Shown: positions 18,900 to 28,913 of the stretch, one piece after another
How positions within the stretch are numbered: the first letter of the stretch is position 1
How the letters are laid out: the number at the start of each line of letters is the position of its first letter
DNA from: Synechococcus sp.
GTDB taxonomy: Bacteria; Cyanobacteriota; Cyanobacteriia; PCC-6307; Cyanobiaceae
Length of the DNA: 64,000 nt
Direction: 5' to 3'
Assembly: GCA_047285805.1 (NCBI GenBank)
Contig: JBJBCN010000002.1
Coordinates: forward strand, 928,001-992,000
The notes under the pieces: model-generated
The model's database searches: none
Seen by the model: the letters and a program-made list of their open reading frames with translations, nothing else
Told to the model about the DNA's origin: nothing
Translations under genes and position numbers: made by a program

Positions 18900-19178
18900 T
18901 TAGGGCTGGGGCGATGCCAGCAACTGCTCCTGCAACGCTTGGGCCGTGAGGCCATCCACCTCAATCCACTTCATCCGGCTGGTCTGGCCGCGGACAAGCA
19001 CCACGCTGCGGGGCAGCGCACCCAAGGCGCGGGCGACAAAGCGCAGCATGGCCTTGCTGGCCTCACCGTCCAGCAAGGGAGCCTTGAGCTGAATCTCAAT
19101 CGCCCCATCCCGCCGACCCTGCACCTGGTCAAGGCTGGTGCAGGGCTGCACACGGATCGCGACCAACTCCGCCGCCAA
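18900..19178 (-). CDS. DUF167 (YggU) family protein
   Basis: IRVQP...KAP..DGEA...RGQTSRMK pattern. Confidence 0.8.
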   Translation of the reverse strand: MAAELVAIRVQPCTSLDQVQGRRDGAIEIQLKAPLLDGEASKAMLRFVARALGALPRSVVLVRGQTSRMKWIEVDGLTAQALQEQLLASPQP

Positions 19179-19238
19179 ATGAATCCCTGGACAGGCGTGC
19201 CTAGGGTCACCTCATCTGTCGCTGCATGCAACGCGTCG

Positions 19239-19808
19239 ATGAGCTCCATCAAGCGTCTGAGCTGGGCCATTGAGAACGTCTTTGAGCGTTGGCTCTGGAA
19301 ATTCCGCTTGATCGCGATCGTCCCCGTAGTGATGAGCCTGCTGGGGAGCGGCGCCACCTTCATCAGCGGAACCTCAGAGATCTGGCACTCGATGGGGCTG
19401 CTGCTCGATGCCTCCCCCGACGACAGCCGCACCGTGGCCCTGCTGTTGGGGGAACTGGTGGGCGGCGTTGATCTCTATCTGATTGGGATCGCCCTGATGA
19501 TCTTTGGCTATGGCGTCTACGAGCTACTGATCTCCGACATAGAAGCAGCCCGCAGCCCGGGCGCCGGCGGCAACGGCCTCCTGGACATCCGCAGCCTGGA
19601 TGTCCTGAAGGAGAAGTTGGTCAAGGTGATCCTGGTGGCCTTGATCGTGGCCGCCTTCAAATCGATGTTGATCTTCCCGATCGACAACACCACGAACCTG
19701 CTCGTCTTCTCCGGCTCTGTGCTGCTGTTGGCCCTCTCGGCCTACCTCGTCTCCGGCGGGCCCAACCGCTCCACCTGGAACCAGCCCCGGGAGACACCCT
19801 TTGAGTAG
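19239..19808 (+). CDS. YqhA (UPF0114) membrane protein
   Basis: VDLYLIGIALMIFGYGVYELLISDI, SLDVLKEKLVKVI. Confidence 0.85.
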   Translation: MSSIKRLSWAIENVFERWLWKFRLIAIVPVVMSLLGSGATFISGTSEIWHSMGLLLDASPDDSRTVALLLGELVGGVDLYLIGIALMIFGYGVYELLISDIEAARSPGAGGNGLLDIRSLDVLKEKLVKVILVALIVAAFKSMLIFPIDNTTNLLVFSGSVLLLALSAYLVSGGPNRSTWNQPRETPFE

Positions 19809-19847
19809 GGCTGTTTGGCGTCGAGCCCTGGTGTGTAAAACAAAAGC

Positions 19848-20936
19848 ATGAGCAGCACTCTCACGATCAGCACCCCGGATGACTGGCATCTCCACCTGCG
19901 CGATGGGGAGATGCTTCAGGCCGTGGTCGGCCACACCGCGCGACAATTCGCACGGGCGATCGTGATGCCCAACCTCAAGCCGCCGATCACCACCGTGGAG
20001 CAAGCCAAGGCCTACCGCGATCGGATCACAGCCGCCCTAAGCGCCAGCCAAGGGCCTGATGCCGCAGCGGGCTTCACGCCTCTGATGACCGCCTACCTGA
20101 CGGAGACCATCAACCCCGCCGAACTGGAGCGGGGCTACGGGGACGGGGTCTTCACCGCCGCCAAGCTCTACCCCGCCGGCGCAACCACCAACTCCGATGC
20201 CGGGGTGCGCGATCTCGCCAACATCCAACCCGTTCTCGAGACGATGGAGCGGATTGGCATGCCGCTGCTGATACACGGCGAGGTCACCGATCCAGCCGTC
20301 GACATCTTTGATCGCGAGGCGGTCTTCATCGAGCAGCAGCTCATCCCTCTGCTCCAGCGCAATCCGGGCTTGAAGGTGGTGCTCGAGCACATCACCACCG
20401 CCGATGCGGCGAGCTTCGTCGCGACTGGGCCGGACAACCTGGCGGCGACGATCACCCCGCATCACCTGCATATCAACCGCAATGCCCTCTTCAAGGGGGG
20501 GCTGCGGCCAGATTTCTACTGCTTACCGATCGCCAAACGGGAACGTCACCGCCTCGCCCTACGGGCGGCGGCCACCGGTGGCAGCAGCAAGTTCTTCCTG
20601 GGTACCGATTCCGCGCCCCACCCGAGGGGATCCAAGGAATCGGCCTGCGGCTGTGCCGGGATCTTCAACGCACCGTTTGCCATCGAGAGCTACGCCCAGG
20701 TCTTCGAGGAGGAGGGGGTGCTCGATCGCCTCGAGGCCTTTGCCAGCGTGAATGGCCCGACCTTCTACGGGCTTCCGCTCAACACGGGCACGATTCAGCT
20801 GGAAAGCAACGGCTACATCGAGGCTGTTCCAATCTTGATGGAACTCGACAACGGCAGCACAACGCCAACAACCCTAGTGCCGTTTCACGCTGGTGAAGCA
20901 CTGAATTGGCGCCTCAATCGGGCCCAATGGCAGTGA
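19848..20936 (+). CDS. pyrC: Dihydroorotase (type II)
   Basis: PDDWHLHLRDG, KLYPAGATTNS, FLGTDSAPH. Confidence 0.97.
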   Translation: MSSTLTISTPDDWHLHLRDGEMLQAVVGHTARQFARAIVMPNLKPPITTVEQAKAYRDRITAALSASQGPDAAAGFTPLMTAYLTETINPAELERGYGDGVFTAAKLYPAGATTNSDAGVRDLANIQPVLETMERIGMPLLIHGEVTDPAVDIFDREAVFIEQQLIPLLQRNPGLKVVLEHITTADAASFVATGPDNLAATITPHHLHINRNALFKGGLRPDFYCLPIAKRERHRLALRAAATGGSSKFFLGTDSAPHPRGSKESACGCAGIFNAPFAIESYAQVFEEEGVLDRLEAFASVNGPTFYGLPLNTGTIQLESNGYIEAVPILMELDNGSTTPTTLVPFHAGEALNWRLNRAQWQ

Positions 20937-20998
20937 GCAAGGTCCAGGCGTAACGCCGACAAACTCGGCAAGATTGGCACTCCTCTTCTGAAGCCTCG

Positions 20999-22240
20999 GT
21001 GATCCTTCGCGGCCTCGTAACTGGATCCCTGGGCTGCCTGCTGAGCCTGCTGCTTGGAGCGAGTGGTTGGGCCGGCGAGGTCGAGACACCCACCGCTGAA
21101 GCCGCGGCCCATCAGCCCTTCAGCCTGCAGGAAGCGCTGAAGCTGCCGGATTGGCTGCGATTCTCGATCAACTACAGCGCCGAGCCCATGGCGAACCCCA
21201 TCGGCGGGGCGGCCCAGACATCGGCTTGGATCCAGGCCACCGCACTCGATCTCCAGGTCGGAGCTGGCCTGGACAGGGCCTCCACGGACTGGGTCGAGCT
21301 GGACCACTGGAGCCTGAACCTCAACGTCAACCACGTCGGTGGGGATGTCAGCTACGCCAGCCGTATTGGTGCCTTCCTGAATCCACAAACCCTGGCTTAC
21401 CCCGCCGGGTTCTACCCAACGGAACTCTCGCTCGAGCGTGACGCCGGAACCGACTGGCTTGGGCTACGGGCCGGCATCATCCCGATCGATAGCGATTTCG
21501 ACGGGACCTTAATGACGGCCCCGATCCTCGATAGCTATGTGCACTCGGCGCTGAACAACACCTACAACATCTATGCGGGGAACATTCCGATTACGCCCTT
21601 CTCCGCGCTAGCGGCACGGCTGGATCTCCATCCCCACGACAGTTTCGACTTCTACTACGGCTGGTTTGACCTGAAAACAGCAATCCCCTTGATCACCTCC
21701 CTGGGGGCACCCGTAAACCTCACACCCACCCAGGTCGGCGATGCCCACATCCTGCAGCTGAACTACACCCCGAAGGGCGCCTTTCCCGCCACTCCCACCT
21801 TGCCCGCTGAGCTGTTGACGGTAGGGGGCTTCACGACGGACTTCCAAGGCGAAGGCGTCTATGGAAGCGCGACGTGGAAGAGCGGATTGAGCCTGGGACT
21901 CGATGATCGGGTCTGGGTCGGCGCGGCCTACTCGCCGGACTTCAGCCTGAACCAGGCCCCCAGCTTCATCGGGGGTGGTGTGGTTATCCAAGGCGTCGTC
22001 CCCAACCGACCACAGGACCTGCTGATCCTGGGGGGCAGCCACGCCGGACTTAGCTCCAGTGCCCCACCGGTATACCCCAATCGGCCCTATGAAGGCGTCC
22101 TGGAACTGGGCTACCGGCTGCAGCTCAATCCCAATCTGAATCTGCAACCCACCCTGCAGTGGATCTTCGATCCAAGCGGGCGTGATCAACCCACCCCAGG
22201 AATCCTGACCACGTGCGTCCAGATCAGTCTGAGCTTGTGA
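20999..22240 (+). CDS. OprB-family carbohydrate-selective porin
   Basis: Signal peptide, NPIGG near N-term, C-terminal E.GY...LQPTLQWIFDPSG. Confidence 0.8.
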   Translation: MILRGLVTGSLGCLLSLLLGASGWAGEVETPTAEAAAHQPFSLQEALKLPDWLRFSINYSAEPMANPIGGAAQTSAWIQATALDLQVGAGLDRASTDWVELDHWSLNLNVNHVGGDVSYASRIGAFLNPQTLAYPAGFYPTELSLERDAGTDWLGLRAGIIPIDSDFDGTLMTAPILDSYVHSALNNTYNIYAGNIPITPFSALAARLDLHPHDSFDFYYGWFDLKTAIPLITSLGAPVNLTPTQVGDAHILQLNYTPKGAFPATPTLPAELLTVGGFTTDFQGEGVYGSATWKSGLSLGLDDRVWVGAAYSPDFSLNQAPSFIGGGVVIQGVVPNRPQDLLILGGSHAGLSSSAPPVYPNRPYEGVLELGYRLQLNPNLNLQPTLQWIFDPSGRDQPTPGILTTCVQISLSL

Positions 22241-23621
22241 GACGGCCCGAGGCCATCGCCTGCAGCAGGGCACGGTGGTCCTCTTCCACCTGATCGCTGT
22301 AGGCCACCGCAAAGTGGGCCATGGCCCGATCAAACGCTTTGTCCTCGCCCAGGGCACCGTGGAGGACTTGGCGCTGTCCGCTTCTGGCGTGAGCCCGGGC
22401 GAGGACCGCGGCGCAAAGCTTGGCGTAGGTCTTCAAGGAAGAGGGCTTCATCGCCTCCAGGGACACCGAAGCTTTCCAACCCCGAAGCTGCCGCCAGTAC
22501 ATAGGGATGCCCTTCGGCGTTGAGGTCCAACCCAGAAAGGGATCCGAGATGCACTGAATCAGGCGCTGACCTTCAACAACCCGCTGCCCCTCATGCCCTG
22601 AGTCCTCTCCCAACTGCTTGCTGATGCAGGAGGGGAGAGCCTGCTTGCTTTGCAACAGCAACCAATCCTCAGAGTGGGGACCCTTCAATAAACCAATCTC
22701 ACAGCGGATACCCACGGAACCGACGCCGGCGGCCTTCAGGGCGGTATCGATCAAGGCGAAGTCCTGAAGCTGATGACGGCGATGGGGAGAGAGGCTCTCG
22801 CGATAGCCCGCCAGGAGGAAGGCGATCGCTTTGCTGTGGCTTGAAATAGAGGCCGGGTCCAGGTCCGGTTCTGAGGTCCAGAGCAGGAGGGGATCCAGCA
22901 GGGAATGGCGCCAAATCAGCGGCGGCTGATGGCGGATCTGCGGGGTCCCATCCTCCAGAAACTCGCAATATTTCTGGATGGCGTGGCGGCCGGAGCGCCG
23001 CAAGGCATTGGCGCCGGCCGCCTCGAGGTGGGAGCGAAAGGCCTTCTGCGGCAGGGCTTCAACAAAGCGCTCGACATCCTGCTGACAGTTCCAGAGCTTC
23101 AGGGTTGGGAGCTCGGCGTAAGCCGCCATCGCCTTGCGGTAGGCCCCCGCCACCTTGCGGGCCAAGCGGAATTGCTCCTCGCCATCGAGCTGCCATTGCC
23201 GCGCCACCAAGACGACACTGACGAGGAGACGTTTGACATCCCACTCAAAGGGCCCCGATGCCGTCTCATCGAAGTCGTTGATATCGAAGAGCAAGCTGCG
23301 CTCCGGCGATGCATAAAAGCCGAAGTTCAGCAGGTGGGCGTCACCGCAGAGTTGGACCCGGTGGGCACTGCGGGGTAGCGGAGCCAGGTCCGCCGCCATC
23401 TGGGCGGCCGTCCCCCGGAACCAAGCAAAAGGGCTCTCGGCCATGCGGCGATGGCGCTCCGGGATCAACCATGGCAGGCGGGTGCTGTTCTGCTCTTCGA
23501 TCCGGCTGATCGGATCCAGCCGATCGATCAGCGGATGCCATTCGCCTAACGCCTCGAACGAACAGAACTGGGGAGCCGCGGAGCCCACGTCGCCAAGATG
23601 TCCTCTCTCCGGCTTAGCCAA
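22224..23621 (-). CDS. DUF2252 family protein (kinase-like)
   Basis: RMAESPFAWFRG, CGDAHLLNFG, FDINDFDE, LARAHARSG. Confidence 0.9.
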   Translation of the reverse strand: MAKPERGHLGDVGSAAPQFCSFEALGEWHPLIDRLDPISRIEEQNSTRLPWLIPERHRRMAESPFAWFRGTAAQMAADLAPLPRSAHRVQLCGDAHLLNFGFYASPERSLLFDINDFDETASGPFEWDVKRLLVSVVLVARQWQLDGEEQFRLARKVAGAYRKAMAAYAELPTLKLWNCQQDVERFVEALPQKAFRSHLEAAGANALRRSGRHAIQKYCEFLEDGTPQIRHQPPLIWRHSLLDPLLLWTSEPDLDPASISSHSKAIAFLLAGYRESLSPHRRHQLQDFALIDTALKAAGVGSVGIRCEIGLLKGPHSEDWLLLQSKQALPSCISKQLGEDSGHEGQRVVEGQRLIQCISDPFLGWTSTPKGIPMYWRQLRGWKASVSLEAMKPSSLKTYAKLCAAVLARAHARSGQRQVLHGALGEDKAFDRAMAHFAVAYSDQVEEDHRALLQAMASGRLTSSD

Positions 23622-23659
23622 AGCAGGCGTCGGAGGGAAGAAACCGCCAAAGTTCAGGC

Positions 23660-24891
23660 ATGGTTCGTCACCACCAGAACAGCTTTCGCTCGGTCACAGC
23701 TCTCGCGGCGATCGCTGGAAATGCCGTGGAGTGGTTTGAATTTACAGTTTATGGATACCTGGCTGTCTCCTTGAGCCAGGCGTTTTTCCCCCAAGACAAC
23801 AGCAAATTCCAACTGCTCTCCAGCTTTGGGGTTTTCGCCGTTGGCTTCCTTATGCGACCGATCGGAAGCCTTGTTCTGGGGCCCTTGGGCGATCTCATCT
23901 GAAGCCGGTTTCTGTTGAGCGCAAGCCTCTATCTGATGGGACTATCGAGTCTCCTGATTGCCTGTCTACCCAACTACGACGCCTGGGGATGGCGCGCTCC
24001 GATAGCACTCACCATGCTTCGGATGGTGCACAGGTTTTCCGTCGGAGGTGATTTCACCGGCAGCATCGCCTTCAACGCTAAGACCGCGCCAAGAGGGAAG
24101 CGGTGTCTGGTTTGCAGCCTGACCAGCGAGGGAGCCCAGCTCGGTTTCAGGATGGCCGCCCTCAGTGCAGGTCTCTACGCCTTGTGGTTCAGCGGGAGTA
24201 GAAACGCAGGTGGACCAGGAGGCTGCCGTTCCTCCTCGGCTCTGGAGTGGTCCTGCTCGCGGTGTGGATGCAACTGCGCTTGCCCGAGAGCCTGGGATCC
24301 CCATGGACCGACACTTGGAGGCAGCTCAATGCTGCGGTCATCGAACGGCTTCAGGAGTTGTTGACCCGGTAGCTCCTGGCCTTGAAGGTCATGGCGCTCG
24401 TGGGCTTCACCAACGTGGTCTTCTACCCCGCGATGGTGTTCTTGGTGGACTTCTGCGTTCGCCAAAACAGAGAGGCCGCAGCGGCCAATGCCAACACCAG
24501 CGCCATCCATACCGGAGGTGTGTTGGTGATGATGGCGAGTGGAGCCCTTGCTGATCTCTTCGGCCTGCTGCGAATCAACCGATGGGGGAATATCGCGGAG
24601 CTGCTGCTGGTGGTTCCGGCTCTCTGGCTGGGTCTTGAAGGAACAGTGCTGAACATGACGATCGCACTGCAGCTCCTGGTGATCCCTTTGATGATGGTCC
24701 TTGGCACCCAGGGGCTACTCGGAGCGCTGTTGGTTCCCAGCCGTGACCGCTGTGCTGTGTTCTCGCTGGCCTACACCCTCTCTGTTGCCCTCTTCGGCGG
24801 AACGGCACCACTGCTGGCGGGATGGCTGCTCTACCAGCATGCGGTGGGCTGTCTGTTGTTCTACCGGTGCCCTTGGGCGTGTTGTGTCTGA
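23660..24891 (+). pseudogene. ProP/MHS-type MFS transporter pseudogene
   Basis: GNAVEWFEFTVYG and GFLMRPIG motifs; in-frame TGA 23900-23902, frameshift near 24205, in-frame TAG 24370-24372. Confidence 0.88.
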
Positions 24892-24958
24892 TCGCACTGA
24901 GCCGCAGCCAATCGCAGCTGGCGCGTGAAGAATGCGAGCCATGGGAGACGGCACACCG

Positions 24959-26458
24959 ATGACTCTCTCGTTTCGGGAACTCCAAGCGCAACTGCAGCCT
25001 GGCTGGGGCTGCGAGCACAACGGCAAAAGCGGCCAATTCGACGTGCTCGTGGTGCCCTCCCTGACGATGTACAAGACCCTGATGGCCTTGGTCACCGACG
25101 CACACCACTACGAGGAACGGCAGCTCTTCTCCCTGATTCGGCTCCGGGACCCCGGGGTGCGGGCCATCTATGTCACCAGCAAGTTACTGCCGGAGCTTGT
25201 CGTCGATGCGGTGCTGGAACTCCTACCTGGTGTCCCCACCTCCCATGCCCGCTGCCGGCTGCAGCTCTTTGACACCGACGACGCCTCCAACCGCCCCCTG
25301 ACCGAAAAGCTGCTGGAGCGCCCAGCCCTGCTGACCCGGATCAAGGAGCAGTTACGCACAGGCCGCAGCTTCATCAGCTGGTTCGTGGTGACCGAACTCG
25401 AGAAGCGACTCTCTGAAGTCCTGCAGATTCCGTTAGTGGGGACCGACCCCGCATTGGGCCACTGGGGCAGCAAAGCCGGCAGCCGTGAACTCTTTTCCCG
25501 CTGCGAGGTGCCGCACCCCCCGGGAGTGGGTTGGTCCACAACCTCGATGATTTAGCCGAAGTCACCGCCCCGCTCTGCGAGGAGCACCCCGAGCTCAAGC
25601 GCTGTGTCGTCAAGCTCAACGAGGGAATCAGCGGTGAGGGCAACGCCGCCCTTGATCTCCTGCCGCTGGGCCTAGACGCGTGCTCAGCGGCAGGCCGGCG
25701 CCAACGGCTACGCCAGGAACTGGAGCGCCTGCCAATGCCCGCCCAAGGGCTGGCTCAGTCTGCTGGCGGTGCAGGGTGCTTTGGTCGAAGCCTGGCTGGA
25801 GGGGGGCGATCAACTCAGCTACTCGAGCGTGCAAGGAACCATTCACCCCGATGGGCGTGTTGAGGTGCTCTCCACACGCGAACAGATCCTTGGGGGAGCC
25901 AACGGCCAGACCTACCAGGGCTGCCATTTTCGCGCGGATCAGGCCTATCGGCTCGCGTTAATGCGCCATGGCCAAGCCATCGGCGAAGCCCTCGCCGCCG
26001 AAGGGGCCCTGGAGCACTACGCGGTCGATTTCATTGCCCGCCTGATCGATGGGCAGTGGGACCTGCAGGCGATCGAGGTCACCCTGCGGCAGGGGGGAAC
26101 CAGCCACCCCTACATGGCCCTGCGGGCGATCACCACGGGCAGGCTCAATCCGGAGTCCGGGGAATTTCTCTCTCCCACCGGCCAGGCCTTGCACTACATG
26201 GCTACTGACAACCTGACCCATCCCAACCTGCGGGGATTGCTGCCGGCGGACCTAATCGACATCGTCGCGGAAGCGGATCTGCACTACGACCCCGCTCGGC
26301 TCAGGGGCAGCGTCTTCCACCTGCTGGGCTGCCTCTCGGAGTACGGCAAGTTGGGCATTACCTGTATAGGCCGCAGCGCCGATGAGGCCGAGCAGGTCTA
26401 CGCGGCGACCGCCAGTCAGCTGATAAAGCAGGCCACCTCCGTTCAGGACGGGGCCTAG
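24959..26458 (+). pseudogene. PGM1-related ATP-grasp peptide ligase, frameshifted
   Basis: HYEERQL, WGSKAGSR, VVKLNEGISGEGNA, LRQGGTSHP, ATDNL spread over three frames (shifts near 25530 and 25745). Confidence 0.85.
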
Positions 26459-26676
26459 TCCTGGCCGCGGCCGGGATAGACCAGCACCGGCAGCTCGGCG
26501 TGGGTGAGCACCCGTTGGGTTTCACTCCCCAGCACCAGGCCAGCCAAAGCGCGGGGGCCATGTGAGGCCATGAAGATCAGATCGCAGCCGTCCTCACTGG
26601 CCATCTCCAGGGCCTGATCAACCGCCAAGTGGGAGAACTCCGAGCCGTCCGTGGGCACCAAGAGATGACGAAACAT
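26455..26676 (-). pseudogene. Universal stress protein with internal in-frame deletion
   Basis: N-terminal LLVPTDGS joined almost directly to C-terminal DLIFMASHG..LGSETQRV; only 73 aa. Confidence 0.7.
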
Positions 26677-26709
26677 CAGCCGCAATCCTTCGGGCTACCC
26701 GCAAGCTAG

Positions 26710-27369
26710 TCAGGCTGGACCAATCCAACCGGCCAGATGTGAGGCCGCCTGGGAGCGGGCCAGGGCGCGGGAAGCGGGCAGGGCCGGCTCGAGTTTTGCG
26801 GAGCTGAAGGGCGGCAATTGACGACTGCGCAGCCATGCGCCCCAGCGGAACTCGTGAAAGGGAATCAGTGGCGCTGAAGCGATCACCTTCTCGCGCTTCA
26901 ACTTCCAGACCAAGCTGCGGTAGGGATCGTCCTGGGTACCCAAAAGGGTGGAGGGCAGGACCGAGGGGTGCTGCGGCCCCAAGCCGCGACCGTCATAGAG
27001 GTAGAGCCAGCCGCGGCGATGCAGCTCAGCGAGCACCACGGCAGGATCCGCGCTGGGAACCTCCAGAGCGAGATAGCCAAAGGCCGTGGCCTGGGGGTCC
27101 AGCTCCAGCAGAGCACGCAAACGGTGATGGCGATCCACCATCCAGAGCTCACCGGCTGCACTGCGCACCAACGGCGTGGGTTTGCGCTTTAAGTACTGCC
27201 GCTGTTCTTTCGGGTGATCCTCAGCAAAATCCCGTTGGCGGCTCACGATTTCCGCCATGCCCACGCAGAGCTGAGTCGGATGCAGATCCTGAATTGGGAG
27301 CTCGAACAGCGCCGTTTTGCCCTCCGCGGGGGGCGGCAAGGAATGAAACGGAGGCAGACGCAAACCCAT
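26710..27369 (-). CDS. ParB-like nuclease-domain protein (ParBc_2 type)
   Basis: LHPTQLCVG, MVDRHHRLRAL, DDPYRSLVW, PFHEFRW. Confidence 0.82.
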   Translation of the reverse strand: MGLRLPPFHSLPPPAEGKTALFELPIQDLHPTQLCVGMAEIVSRQRDFAEDHPKEQRQYLKRKPTPLVRSAAGELWMVDRHHRLRALLELDPQATAFGYLALEVPSADPAVVLAELHRRGWLYLYDGRGLGPQHPSVLPSTLLGTQDDPYRSLVWKLKREKVIASAPLIPFHEFRWGAWLRSRQLPPFSSAKLEPALPASRALARSQAASHLAGWIGPA

Positions 27370-27837
27370 CGCACGAACTTAAACCGGTTTTTTCAACTGC
27401 TGCTGTCGCTGTTCGCCGTTTTCTGTGTTGGGGTGAACAGTGCGCAGGCGGCGGATTCGGCCAGCTGCCATTCCCTCTCGGACACCCAGGTCGCAGCGCT
27501 GTTCGACCGCTGGAACGAGGCCTTGGCCAGCGGGGATCCCACCCAGGTAAGCGCTCTTTACCAAGCCGATGCCCTGCTGCTGCCCACCCTCTCGGATCGG
27601 GCACGCACCACGACGGCCGGGATCGAGGATTACTTCAAGGTTTTTTTGAGCAAACACCCCACCGGCCGCATTGATCAGCGGGTGATTCAGAGCGAGTGCG
27701 ATGTGGCCATCGATGCCGGCAACTACAGCTTTGAATTCGATGGCCAGGGATGGGTGCAGGCTCGATACACCTTTGTCTATGCCTACCGGGATGGGGAGTG
27801 GCGCATTGAGCACCAACACTCCTCGCTGCTGCCCTAG
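27343..27837 (+). CDS. COG4875/CaMKII-association-domain protein, candidate iota-class carbonic anhydrase (start uncertain)
   Basis: Signal peptide, LFDRWNEAL..GDP, LLPTLS, DYF, ARYTFVY, IEHQHSS. Confidence 0.8.
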   Translation: MKRRQTQTHRTNLNRFFQLLLSLFAVFCVGVNSAQAADSASCHSLSDTQVAALFDRWNEALASGDPTQVSALYQADALLLPTLSDRARTTTAGIEDYFKVFLSKHPTGRIDQRVIQSECDVAIDAGNYSFEFDGQGWVQARYTFVYAYRDGEWRIEHQHSSLLP

Positions 27838-28280
27838 ATAGCTAGCTTAAGCAGGTGGCGCAGCTCCCGCTTGGGCAGCTCCGTCAACACCGACGGTACG
27901 GCCGGAGACGCGGTTGTCACCCGGGAGCTCTCCTGGTGCTCGCGGATGGTCAGGCCATAGATCTCGAGGAAAAAATCGCGATCAGCCACCGAACCGGACA
28001 AGCCGGATTGGCGATAGAGCTTCCGCAGTGGGGTCCAGGGACGGTCCATGACGAGTCCGTGGAGCTGATGCAGGCGAAAACGTCTCAGGGCCTTGAGCGG
28101 TGATTCACCGCAATGGCTATGGAAGAGGTTCTGCAAGGTGCGCACACTGACGTGCACGTGTGCCGCTAGGTCCGGCATGCGCAGAGCACTTGCATAGTGC
28201 TCTGCGACATAGGCCGCCAAAGTCTGCATCACCGCAGCGTCGGCTGGATCGATAGCTCGATTCGGACCAGAGCGATCCAA
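27834..28280 (-). CDS. AraC-type HTH protein (DNA-binding part only)
   Basis: DLAAHVHVSVRTLQNLF...G.SPLKALRRFRL. Confidence 0.75.
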   Translation of the reverse strand: MDRSGPNRAIDPADAAVMQTLAAYVAEHYASALRMPDLAAHVHVSVRTLQNLFHSHCGESPLKALRRFRLHQLHGLVMDRPWTPLRKLYRQSGLSGSVADRDFFLEIYGLTIREHQESSRVTTASPAVPSVLTELPKRELRHLLKLAI

Positions 28281-28379
28281 GAGGAGAGTGCTGGGAGCTG
28301 CGGAAAGTTAGACCCCCCAGCAAGCCCCAAAGCTCCTATGTCACGGAATCAAGCGCACTATGCAAAAACTGCAAAACGC

Positions 28380-28550
28380 TCAGCGGGGACGGCCCACATC
28401 GGTGGGCCTTGCCGGTGCAAGCAGACAGTGGGGAGCACTGCGCCAGCGGCGCTGACGGCGGCGCTGCAGCCAGGTGATCGCGAGCCGCAGGGTGATGAAG
28501 CCGTAGAGGGCCAGCAAAACCAAGCTCGCTGCGTCTTTCGAACTCGGCAT
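28380..28550 (-). CDS. Small single-TM hypothetical protein (56 aa, below ORF-track cutoff)
   Basis: MPSSKDAASLVLLALYGFITLRLAITWLQRRRQRRW..., TM followed by Arg cluster. Confidence 0.45.
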   Translation of the reverse strand: MPSSKDAASLVLLALYGFITLRLAITWLQRRRQRRWRSAPHCLLAPARPTDVGRPR

Positions 28551-28623
28551 CGCCAGGGTCAGCGTGCAACGTTTTCATGCAAGCGGCGCTCGAAGGGGCG
28601 TCAATCGGCATTTGTGCCGAGTC

Positions 28624-28890
28624 TCAGCTGACCTTCACCCCCTTCCAAAAAGCTACCCGTTTGGTGATTTCAGCCGCCGCGGGCTTGGGGGTCTCGTAGC
28701 TCCAGGCGCAGTTGGCATTGACCACCACATCCCCATAGCGGCGGGTGTCCTTCCAACCGCAGCTACTGGTGTGGCTGCTGTCGCGGAAGAACTCCTGCTT
28801 GACGGCCGCGCGGGGGAAATCAGGATTGCCCTCCACTACGACGATCTCGTCGCTCTCGGCGATGACAGTTCCGTTCCAGCTGGCTTGCAT
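28624..28890 (-). CDS. DUF427 family protein
   Basis: WNGTVIAESD..VVEGN..FP, CGWK, AWSYETPK, VAFWKGV. Confidence 0.85.
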   Translation of the reverse strand: MQASWNGTVIAESDEIVVVEGNPDFPRAAVKQEFFRDSSHTSSCGWKDTRRYGDVVVNANCAWSYETPKPAAAEITKRVAFWKGVKVS

Positions 28891-28913
28891 GCTTGAGGTG
28901 ATGCAACTACCTC

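Noticed and set aside
23900..23902. In-frame TGA in the MFS gene as selenocysteine, given nearby selD
   Set aside because: It falls on the Gly of the D-x-x-G-R-R MFS motif (GGA to TGA), and the gene also has a frameshift and a TAG
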